Positions 51,301 through 57,351 of a stretch of DNA of 64,000 nt are shown one piece after another (positions within the stretch are counted from its first letter, which is position 1; each line of letters opens with the position of its first letter). This stretch comes from Alphaproteobacteria bacterium. GTDB taxonomy: Bacteria; Pseudomonadota; Alphaproteobacteria; JABAAW01; JAHZMA01. The notes beneath the pieces are model-generated. The model worked only from the letters and a program-made list of their open reading frames with translations. It ran no database searches and was not told where the DNA came from. A program made the translations under genes and the position numbers. The stretch lies in assembly GCA_965205905.1 (NCBI GenBank), contig CBDBHZ010000012.1, forward strand, positions 79,528-143,527, written 5' to 3'.

Positions 51301-52140
51301 AACTATCCTGAAATACCAACAACATTTAATGAACATAATCTAACCAGTTTTACTGATAATAATCGCAAAGGCACAACGGGTAATGCGCTAAAAGTGTCTT
51401 CGGTTGTCAGTTTAATCGATGGTAATGATATATTCACGGATGTGAGAAGTGACGGTTCGGTGGTTGTTTTTGATTATGATGATGGTGGTAATTTTGATAA
51501 CTTCACATTATATATTGATGATAAAAAATATGGCACGAGTAATGTTAATGGCGACGATATTAGTATTAGTGATACATCGCCTACTATTTATGGCGAGCAT
51601 CATGCGCTTCGCGAATTCTTTCTTGACAGACAGAGTGGTGCTTTTGGGTTTACGGCCAATTATATGGCGAGAGTTTATACGCTGACAGCATATAATTATT
51701 ATTACACGAACACAACTTACGCCATGACTGGTTTTGAAACGATGGGCAATAATATCCCTATGAATGGCGCTTCTGTTAACTTTTCAGGCAGGGGCGAGCT
51801 GAAATATCATGGCACTAATTTTAACACTGGTACTGCTTTTGATGTTACTGCCACTGTTAATTTTGAAACCCGCAATATCAACCTAGAAACCGACCATAAT
51901 GATGAGGAACGACGCTATCTCGATATGACGGGAAATTTAAGCTATGAACCTAATACAAACGCACTTACGGGCACATTTACAACCGTAGGCGATAGTAGCA
52001 ATGTTGAGAAGCCGTCATTAACAGGCACAATAGAAGCCCGCTTTTACGGGCCAGCGGCAGAAGAATTTGGTGGCACATTCAGCGCAAGCATACCTGAATC
52101 AGAGATAGGCTATATCGGCACGTTCGGCGCAAAAAAGTAA
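42385..52140 (+). CDS. Giant surface lipoprotein 4 (3251 aa): colinear paralog of gene 3, ~6 type-1 + 4 type-2 lobe modules
   Basis: Real start ATG at 42385 (MNKYFSIITLLMVSIFLNGCSTERGGSG..., RBS GAGGAA), 4 nt after the gene-3 stop. The track ORF start at 42337 is read-through. The first ~140 nt are near-identical to the gene-3 start. YYYGAFG markers fall at ~43495, 44421, 45295, 46295, 47350 and 48410. It lacks the counterpart of gene-3 module 2. Confidence 0.85.
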   Translation: MNKYFSIITLLMVSIFLNGCSTERGGSGIVSSGVVSDDVFIADSIKKIDTDGTYTTAAPYASLTAASADIDNQNDKIFTLQGLAVQGSQVTNYTASGSLGWNQEGETSITVATITAPAVSLTFDEDGMMSEVTAYFADKTYKYDIALDESVSASATLIDTKDITSGAQTDATIATLTVDRTEIFGFADNQGNALESNYMAYIGWNFERTQGDPNRLSSLSSDKDTAYSINGSMIAGIETASANIPSNGKVEFIGKGRGFYSHVDKGTASHATIFDVTTDVDFVAKTVDVNSKNTMRCSDKNKASSCTTALNGLNFGTTETFIYIIGDAVGFRGDVSLKANKTFTGTIDARFYGGRAQELGSTFAMRDETGGYYYGAFGGEREGVEASPLLDATIADETITLPNDVIAPLIPIDITTANPYENLTAIAGTDKRVVLNALSVYQDNTTQYIRTLNRDWATDADKVTTTSIVRLAGSAASLVFAGDNQGATLYAKEIYTNDDATIIVDRSTIFGFGSSYMAYISWDDIDNEFDNDNTGLTGEVVDISGKMLAGIETNDMNIPLTGEVSFNGKGRGTYGNVTTSEDTVFDITAEVDFVGKNVTTISSKNTCKAFDGAKCGVGGSDRLDFLNFTSAILSYADTDNATVNHISGAVHADGLAGTVDARFYGGATEEFGGTFALNDSSNYYYGVFGALRGGIAASTIFDNNIVDETVMLPADVTISTGNNLLNNTNDGDIVTLKVLSFYQNDSTDYTRAENRDWGTADERKTTSVVRMLGSAASLSFDGGGNISGVTAYLKDSTHTADPSKVKRGTDFFGFDSNYMAYISWDIDNHFDDDSEGLKARVVDSSGAMLAGIETTNLLDNTAGTVEFKGRGQGAYGDADDDYATIFDVTASVNFVDNNITIYTENTCQADDCTKQPENSLNFNTGAIGFADNSISKRNLNVKGMDGALDARFYGEKTREFGGTFGFASNLSYYYGAFGAERDGVVAPITLTTFNPNGANVSTINTAIAANNPSFNSLTDVVDAGDGNAFTMRALSAYEYDNTTYTRVSNNKEWSSKADKAQSIYIVGLSGAGASLTFGGDGNISGATAYLNGITYTTADLTVDRSTIFGFASHNMAYISWNLQKAESALDNESDYLYDFIFDDAGMMLAGVETAETVYDMDGDVETEGKILTFAAAEFTGKGKGTYGTVTNNVLTGYNTIFDVTASVDFEGRAVTIRSENTCEAVTNPDCTDNGVNRQDFLDLSTSALSFVSAPDIYGDSVAVNSISGDVALDSSNIFKGTLDARFYGYAGREFGGTFSLANASSYYYGAFGAKRETVYKFALDDAKIAAPDRRDAQFTLDAPDVSLHHAINDASATEDREFTMNALVVSANNYTDYARAPGEAWETSNRNKKFSLGRVAGSHISLTIDEDGKLSYMVARELGSGSLTDDGKGDQTLSAVDRNETNTSLDIINISRREEIFGFVMTDMVYIDWNRSNKLLAIGDPETEAFIGGNHGMMIAGIETDYAQMPTANAVVTYSDDDEEDDYDIGNDHYAIAVKFTGKGRGYYANLKTETGFHTIFDVTAHVDFVSEYITIDSGAPLKCTDVNDSSTCSASGLTGFYAIDDIYYNANDISVDIALENDYQFQGTLDARFYGDGAHKFAGTFAMSDSDNTRYYYGAFGAQRETAIEEFNFDKTLAEESGPKSTLDYLTVNQTPHESLHAVAVADGKNGFTTKALAVYQSNHKDYARVPNKAWDDASTDKDHNINLGKLSGAGATIVFDENGNISGFATYLSSNPYIATNIYTITVENPVSNSDVVSQNITDTDTPDDTSTGVMNLYRGESFFGFNSEYMAYIDWRVTRTFADLGDDTIDRSYDYSGAMIAGIETTDTKLSNNSSGIVNFKGRGRGSYYNTNTGIGEQTIFDVTAKLDFGNKNVTINSANTIACADFSNIGTCGISDIGEFSTGIISYRDNLMYSHSAHNNISGAVKANIGAATLTGTLDAHFYGNKGGIGSNEIGGTFTMSNEAYYYYGVFGAEGLYVNVNNIDSTVSTDEEFTQNSTTMTAPIKDNLNINGLTSFNDDARKGKNNNAFKVSTFTTMKANDNQTMDINKFSDAVVSVDFLGGGGYDDGYMGDFRLYFDDKKYDTTMQDSSKRWRNTNYVYVAYPSDIDTHQIMLDRSVGERNFGAAFRPGFTPDYMAKVGFFTPSGYRETIGFGIIGFETAANNMPMASSAVFAGRGRGHYMDNGGQVNTYFDVAVNVDFNMRDIEFFAINTCSDDSFLFCRQGAHSEKHYLDMIANLSYTASNNTISGGITTAGGGLNETLTGTIDASFYGTKGTGYDNAAKEFGGTFLVSNNREAYGGWFGTRRVASIANLATTITTPTLNQHNLTSFDDANGANTTGTALPAMAVQITKQKMGDKTITTDKITTPVVEVSFGNYDEFYTYHVNDESDSGWGRLNAPVFAGFNIYWADKKYSTTGANNNSANHIKHINFYDNSMPTTSAGETPSEIRLSRYNGWAATYDGKGHYFGFLPKYMVRINWMLDENAYEAEGHGIAGFETDGSNIPSVGHIEFKGRGHGRYYSNSSAEYFYFDITANVNFASRYVTLESSNTCNKAYRYNAACSNASARREDFDFNGILSYKAGENKMSGGVTNFVESSKLFGTAEARFYGPEFQEFGGTFAMQNTDAAYVGYFATERITSVIPTSPTPSSNSNHNNLVSFTDDARNDTSGNKFIAIATNITKHSDGTITNGDFTTAAVELAYDADGDFSDASLYLPDRKYSTTASSVGTSDDITDNAPVVADNTHDTPATLLLSRNTDKFTFTPEYMASLYWRVTKDAYETSGYAMTGFKTDGNNFYSHGGVKFSGGGEMSYSSSSSNITSSFSTTANVNFIDYNISLTTDQNDNNNDFLNLTGDLSYNPKVNRLTGTVKTAGNDKNHDALDGTELSGTADARFYGPDLEELGGIFNVSNADASAVGWFGLEKLGETFTNYPEIPTTFNEHNLTSFTDNNRKGTTGNALKVSSVVSLIDGNDIFTDVRSDGSVVVFDYDDGGNFDNFTLYIDDKKYGTSNVNGDDISISDTSPTIYGEHHALREFFLDRQSGAFGFTANYMARVYTLTAYNYYYTNTTYAMTGFETMGNNIPMNGASVNFSGRGELKYHGTNFNTGTAFDVTATVNFETRNINLETDHNDEERRYLDMTGNLSYEPNTNALTGTFTTVGDSSNVEKPSLTGTIEARFYGPAAEEFGGTFSASIPESEIGYIGTFGAKK
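42540..48440 (+). repeat. Intragenic tandem array of ~6 type-1 lobe modules in giant gene 4, followed by 4 type-2 modules to 52140
   Basis: Motif periodicity read from the translation. Boundaries are approximate. Confidence 0.65.
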
Positions 52141-52145
52141 TAGCC

Positions 52146-52880
52146 GTGGATTTTAGCGATAAAGCTGTTTTAATTACGGGTGGCAGTGGCGGTATCGGCA
52201 AAGGGATTGCACAAAAATTTAAGCAAGCAGGTGCGAAAATTGCGTTGGTTGACTTAAAGTTTGAAGGTGAAACATTTGCTGATGCGTGTTTTACGGGCGA
52301 TATTACCGATGCGGATTATGTTCAAAATTTACCGCAAAAAACCATTGATGCGCTAGGCGGTTTAGATGTTATTGTCAATAATGCAGGTGTGATGCGGCGT
52401 GGTAAAATCACCGATAGCAGTGATGCTGATTTTGATGTTTCGGTTGCCGTCAATATCAAAGCGCCGTTTCAATTATGCCGTGCCGCCATTCCTTTGATGG
52501 CAAAAAATGGCGGTGGCGCGATTGTGAATATCGCCTCGTGCTGGGGGGTTCATGCGGGGGCAGACCACGCAATTTATTGTATGAGCAAAGCGGCATTGGC
52601 ATCTTTAACCCAATGTATGGGGCGCGACCATGCCCATCAAAATATTCGCATTAATGCCGTCTGCCCGAATGAGGTTGATACGCCAATGCTCCGCACGGGA
52701 TTTGAATTGCGCGGCTTTAACCCCGAAACTGCGATTGCTGAGTTGGGTAAGACTGTGCCGTTGGGGCGGGTTTCAACCCCTGACGATATTGCGGAAATTG
52801 TGCTGTTTTTGGCATCTGACCATGCGCGCTATATGTGCGGTTCATTGGTTGAAGTCAATGGTGGCAAGGCGGTAAGTTAA
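52146..52880 (+). CDS. SDR-family oxidoreductase (short-chain dehydrogenase/reductase)
   Basis: 244 aa with TGGSGGIGKGIA Rossmann motif, NNAG, and a catalytic S...Y..K (YCMSKAAL). It has a GTG start 5 nt after the giant-gene-4 stop. Confidence 0.75.
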   Translation: MDFSDKAVLITGGSGGIGKGIAQKFKQAGAKIALVDLKFEGETFADACFTGDITDADYVQNLPQKTIDALGGLDVIVNNAGVMRRGKITDSSDADFDVSVAVNIKAPFQLCRAAIPLMAKNGGGAIVNIASCWGVHAGADHAIYCMSKAALASLTQCMGRDHAHQNIRINAVCPNEVDTPMLRTGFELRGFNPETAIAELGKTVPLGRVSTPDDIAEIVLFLASDHARYMCGSLVEVNGGKAVS

Positions 52881-53671
52881 TGCAAGATTTACCGCAAGAA
52901 TTGCCGCAAGATTTAGTGGGCAAAGTGGCTTTGGTAACAGGTGGCAATAAAGGCATTGGGCTTGCGATTGCCGATGAATTGCAAGCGCAGGGCGCACAGG
53001 TTTTTACCGCGCAACGTACTGCAAATAACAGCAATGGTAGCGCAAATAACAGCAATGAGATTCAAGCTGATTTTACCGATAAAAATGCTCCGCAACAAGT
53101 CATTGATACAATCATTACGCAAACAGGCAGGCTTGATATTCTCATCAATAATGCAGGAATGATGCAAGAAGCATCGATTGAGGCAACCAGTCTTTTGATG
53201 TGGCAAAATATGCTAGATGTTAATTTAACTGCACCTTTTTTATTGATTCAAGCGGCGCTGCCTTACCTTAAAAAAAGCAAAAATGGCGGTGCGATTGTGA
53301 ATATTGGGTCGATTGAGGGGATTGGTGCGAACCCATCTCATGCTGGGTATGTGGCATCAAAAGCAGGTTTGCATGGTTTAACGCGTGCGGTGGCAGTTGA
53401 TTGTGGCGGTGATAATGTGCGTTGTAACATAGTCGCCCCCGGTTGGATTGATACTGACCTGAATAATGACTTTATTGCGGCGCAAGAAAACCCTGAAAAC
53501 TTTAAACAAAATATCGGTAAAATTCATCCGCTTGGCAGAACTGGTAACCCGCGGGAAGTGGCAAAATTGGTGGCGTTTTTAGCATCAGCGCAAAGCAGTT
53601 TTATCACGGGGCAGATTTATGTGATTGATGGTGGTAGAACCGCGAAATTGAGTTTACCAGTGCAAAGTTAA
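52880..53671 (+). CDS. SDR-family oxidoreductase
   Basis: 263 aa with TGGNKGIGLAIA, NNAG and YVASKAGL motifs. A TAATG overlap couples it to the upstream SDR. Confidence 0.75.
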   Translation: MQDLPQELPQDLVGKVALVTGGNKGIGLAIADELQAQGAQVFTAQRTANNSNGSANNSNEIQADFTDKNAPQQVIDTIITQTGRLDILINNAGMMQEASIEATSLLMWQNMLDVNLTAPFLLIQAALPYLKKSKNGGAIVNIGSIEGIGANPSHAGYVASKAGLHGLTRAVAVDCGGDNVRCNIVAPGWIDTDLNNDFIAAQENPENFKQNIGKIHPLGRTGNPREVAKLVAFLASAQSSFITGQIYVIDGGRTAKLSLPVQS

Positions 53672-53697
53672 ATGCAAAGTTAAGCGACGCTTTAAAT

Positions 53698-55251
53698 TTA
53701 ACATTCCTGATTTAGAAAATCTGATGCCGGGATTTCTTGCTCGCGTTTGGCGATATAGGCAAGCAATTCTTCATTTTTCGCCTCGTCTAATTTTGGCTCC
53801 TGATATTCATTCAGCAATTTTTGAGCATATTTACGGGCGCGTTCATTGATTTCAACCGCGCCTTCGGCTTGCCATTGTTCGATTGAAAAATTATCAAATA
53901 AGTCTGGCATAAAATAAGCCCGCTGAAAATTGGCTTGCGTATGTTCATGCCCCAAATAATGCCCGCCCGGTCCAATATCTTTAATCGCCTTCATGCCTTC
54001 AGCAAAATCATCCCAACGCACCGATTCTCCCATTCGGTAAGCCATTGCCGCTTGTTCGGCATCTACCACAAATTTCGCCATAGAACAGTGCATTCCAGCC
54101 TCGTTCCAACCTGCTGAATGCCAGATATAATTTGCCCCCGCATGTAAGGTTGCCGATAGGGTGGTGGCAGATTCATAACCTGCTTGCGCGTCAAAAGTTT
54201 TTGCCCCGCCCAAATTAGACGAGCTACGCCATGGCACATTATAATAGCGCGCCATCTGCCCAATCATAAAATTCATCAGGCTGATTTCAGGAGTGCCCGC
54301 CATAGGTGCGCCCGAACGCATGGAAACAGTTGAAAGATAATGCCCGTAAATGGCAGGCGCGCCTTTGCGGATGACTTGCGTATAGGCAAGTGCAGAAAGT
54401 GCTTCGGCATTCAGCTGGGCAACGGTAGGTGCAACTGAAGCGGGCGTATTAGCACCGCCTAACACAAAAGGCGAGCATAGCACAGGCTGATTGCGTTTGC
54501 TAAATTCACGCATCGCGCCCAGCATCACCTCGTCCCAAACAAGGGGGGAATTGCCATTACAATTTCCTGTTACCACAGCATGATTTTCCATAAAATCTTT
54601 GCCGAATAAAATCGCGCACATATCCATCACATCTTCGGCATTTTTGCCACTGGTGGTCATGCCCATAAAAGTTTTATCAGAATATTTCATCGATGAATAA
54701 GTGATGCGTAAATGGCGCTGACTAACAGGGTGGTCAAAAGGCTCTACAATATGATGGGCAGAGCTATGAATGGCAGGTAACATCTGCGATAATTTGTGAA
54801 AATTACTCAAATCCTCCATCATAGGGTTGCGCCTAACATCATCTAAATCGCGCAAATAGGGCGCGCCCGTCATGGGGACAAAAATACTATTGCGCCCACC
54901 AACAGCAACATTATTTGCGGGATTGCGGGCATGATAGGTGATATTTGCAGGGATGGATTTTATGAGTTCACGCACCAAATCACGGTCTAAATAAACCATC
55001 TCGTCACGCACTTTTGCACCTGCTTTTTTCCAATCGGCAAGGGCGATATCATCACGGAATAACACGCCGATATTTTCTAAAATATCCATTGAGGCATTAT
55101 CGATACGTGTTACCTCTTCTTCATTCATAATATTGCAAAGGGGCAGTTTATTAACCAAAGTTGGCAGCATCGCCACATCAGGTGCGTTTCTTATAACGCG
55201 CCTTGCATCTCTACCGCCTAAACGGCTTTTTCTTGGTTCAGAATCAGACAT
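53698..55251 (-). CDS. MttB-superfamily (trimethylamine methyltransferase family, non-pyrrolysine) methyltransferase; candidate quaternary-amine (betaine-type) demethylase
   Basis: 517 aa. The N-terminal ..RKSRLGGRDARRVIR.. and overall length fit the MttB/MtgB family of TIM-barrel methyltransferases. It is the last gene of the operon that also encodes the betaine ABC importer. Confidence 0.65.
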   Translation of the reverse strand: MSDSEPRKSRLGGRDARRVIRNAPDVAMLPTLVNKLPLCNIMNEEEVTRIDNASMDILENIGVLFRDDIALADWKKAGAKVRDEMVYLDRDLVRELIKSIPANITYHARNPANNVAVGGRNSIFVPMTGAPYLRDLDDVRRNPMMEDLSNFHKLSQMLPAIHSSAHHIVEPFDHPVSQRHLRITYSSMKYSDKTFMGMTTSGKNAEDVMDMCAILFGKDFMENHAVVTGNCNGNSPLVWDEVMLGAMREFSKRNQPVLCSPFVLGGANTPASVAPTVAQLNAEALSALAYTQVIRKGAPAIYGHYLSTVSMRSGAPMAGTPEISLMNFMIGQMARYYNVPWRSSSNLGGAKTFDAQAGYESATTLSATLHAGANYIWHSAGWNEAGMHCSMAKFVVDAEQAAMAYRMGESVRWDDFAEGMKAIKDIGPGGHYLGHEHTQANFQRAYFMPDLFDNFSIEQWQAEGAVEINERARKYAQKLLNEYQEPKLDEAKNEELLAYIAKREQEIPASDFLNQEC

Positions 55252-55363
55252 TTTAATATCCTAATCATCTATCTTGGTTTGCGGGATTTTCGCAAATTCT
55301 AGAATGTGTAAAGAGGGGAGGTGCGATATAATGCAACGCCCCTCTTACACGAGAATAATAAAA

Positions 55364-56359
55364 TTATTTGGCTGCGCGTGCGGCTTTTAACCAACTATTA
55401 TATTCTTTTTTATTGGCTTTAATCCATTGTGCAACATGGCGGTCAATTTCTTTAGAGCTATCTTCGCCATCAGCAATCTTTTTATTTTGCGCTGAAACAT
55501 CATTGATGTCTAATTTGGCAACTTCAAAAAGCTTTTTAGCGGCAGGGTTTGCGTTCAAGAATTTATCAGTGGCAACCACAATGATATTATCAAGTGCGAA
55601 ACCAAGTTCTTTGCCCTTAAAGTTCGTTTCACCTGAACCACCATCGGGTAGAGAGCTATAAGGCACTGCAAGCCATTCCACATTTTTACCGGGTACCAAT
55701 ACACCAGATACCCAATAAGGTGTCCATGTATAATAAAGCGTATCTTTGCCTGATTTGATTTTTGCGATTGAATCAGCCATAATCGCATCATAAGCGCCTT
55801 GATTATGGTTAATCGTATCACGCAAACCGAACTCAGTTAAATGATGTTCAATCACGCGTTCGCAACCCCAACCGGGTGCACAGCCTGCCAAATCAGCTTT
55901 GCCATCACCATCAGAATCAAAACGCTTTGCGTTTTTAGGGTCTTTTAAGTCACCTAAATTTTTGATGCCTGAATCATAGGCAGATTTGTTGATAAGATAG
56001 CCTTGCAACGCGCCTTCAATGTAGGTGCCAATTTTTTCTAATTTTGCATCGCCACCAGATTCTTCAAAAAATGCGTGATGCAACGAATTCCAATGCACAG
56101 CAGTGAAATCAGCATCGCCTGTGCCTAATGCCAGATGAATGGTCTGATATTCTACTTCTTCTGGTCGGGCAACTTTGTAACCCAAATCTTTCAGCGCCTG
56201 AAATAAAATACGATGCTGAAAAATTTCTCCAGCGTTTGGTGCCATAACAGGGCGCACAGTTACGCCTTTACCGGGCTTGCTCGCTGCAAATGCTGATACT
56301 GACATAACAGATATGGCAATAACCGCAATCGCAGATTTTAATGATTTAATGTTTAACAT
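55364..56359 (-). CDS. proX: Glycine betaine/proline betaine ABC transporter substrate-binding protein
   Basis: 331 aa with a signal peptide (MLNIKSLKSAIAVIAISVMSVSAFA) and ProX/OpuAC-fold motifs. Confidence 0.75.
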   Translation of the reverse strand: MLNIKSLKSAIAVIAISVMSVSAFAASKPGKGVTVRPVMAPNAGEIFQHRILFQALKDLGYKVARPEEVEYQTIHLALGTGDADFTAVHWNSLHHAFFEESGGDAKLEKIGTYIEGALQGYLINKSAYDSGIKNLGDLKDPKNAKRFDSDGDGKADLAGCAPGWGCERVIEHHLTEFGLRDTINHNQGAYDAIMADSIAKIKSGKDTLYYTWTPYWVSGVLVPGKNVEWLAVPYSSLPDGGSGETNFKGKELGFALDNIIVVATDKFLNANPAAKKLFEVAKLDINDVSAQNKKIADGEDSSKEIDRHVAQWIKANKKEYNSWLKAARAAK

Positions 56360-56382
56360 AAATATTACTCCTAATAATACAA

Positions 56383-57351
56383 TTATGATTTAATTTTGGT
56401 CATGATTTTATTTTTTAATGGTAAAATCAAACCGATGGGACCACCTTGCCACCAATGGCGATGCCCCCTTTCTCGTCCTGATTGCCCCATTCCTTGGGTA
56501 ATCCTGTCAAGAACTATGGCGAGGATAACAATCCCCAAACCCCCTATCAATGCCTTACCAGCATCTAGCCTGCCCATAGCACGCAAAACCTCGTTACCAA
56601 GCCCGCGCACCGAAATCATCGATGCAATCACCACCATTGATAAGGATAGCATGATGGCTTGATTAACCCCTGCTAAAATTGTTGGAATGGCTAATGGTAA
56701 TTCCACTTTGAATAAAATTTGTCTCGGGTTTGCGCCAAATGCCGATGCCGCTTCCACAACGCTAGGGCTTACCCCACGAATGCCAAGTGATGTTAATCTA
56801 ATCAGTGGTGGCACTGAAAAAACCACCGTTACAATCACGCCCGAAACATTGCCAATGCCAATCAGCATCACCACAGGCACTAAATAGACAAAGGCTGGAA
56901 TGGTTTGCATGGTATCTAGCACAGGGCGCATGGCAGCATCACATTGATTGTTTTTGCCTGCCAATATGCCCAACGGCAAACCGATGATAAAACAGACCAA
57001 TACCGATACCATCACGATTGCCAATGTCGTCATCGCCAATTCCCATGCGATTGGGCTTAAAAAACCCAACATCATCAAACAGAAAAACACAATGATTGCC
57101 ACTTTACGACTGGCAAATTGCCATGCAAATAACGACAAAAACAAGATGGTGATCATGGGTGGCACAGCCAGTAAAAAACTATCGATTGAATTGATAATAT
57201 CGGTGAAAAAAAGTTTGAAGGGTTGAATGCTCTCGCGGTTTTCAATCGCCCATTGCTTGATGCCATCAGCACTTTCTTCTAAACCAAGGTCGGTATTCAC
57301 AAATGGATTGAGTAGATTCTCTAGCATGATATATACGCTTTCATTAAACAA
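56383..57351 (-). CDS. proW: Glycine betaine/proline ABC transporter permease
   Basis: 322 aa membrane protein with an ABC TMD (EAA-like loop ..SLGIRGVSPSVVEAASAFGANPRQ..). Confidence 0.8.
   Translation of the reverse strand: MFNESVYIMLENLLNPFVNTDLGLEESADGIKQWAIENRESIQPFKLFFTDIINSIDSFLLAVPPMITILFLSLFAWQFASRKVAIIVFFCLMMLGFLSPIAWELAMTTLAIVMVSVLVCFIIGLPLGILAGKNNQCDAAMRPVLDTMQTIPAFVYLVPVVMLIGIGNVSGVIVTVVFSVPPLIRLTSLGIRGVSPSVVEAASAFGANPRQILFKVELPLAIPTILAGVNQAIMLSLSMVVIASMISVRGLGNEVLRAMGRLDAGKALIGGLGIVILAIVLDRITQGMGQSGRERGHRHWWQGGPIGLILPLKNKIMTKIKS

Noticed and set aside
7807-52140. The highly regular ~900 bp periodicity could be taken for a CRISPR-like or satellite DNA array
   Set aside because: The repeats are long (~900 bp), in-frame and degenerate, and they encode conserved protein motifs inside single long ORFs. 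There are no short direct repeats with unique spacers and no cas genes.
53672-53697. Short imperfect palindrome ttaagcg-a-cgcttta between the convergent SDR and mttB-like genes as a terminator
   Set aside because: The stem is only ~6-7 bp with a mismatch and has no U-tract. It is too weak to call.
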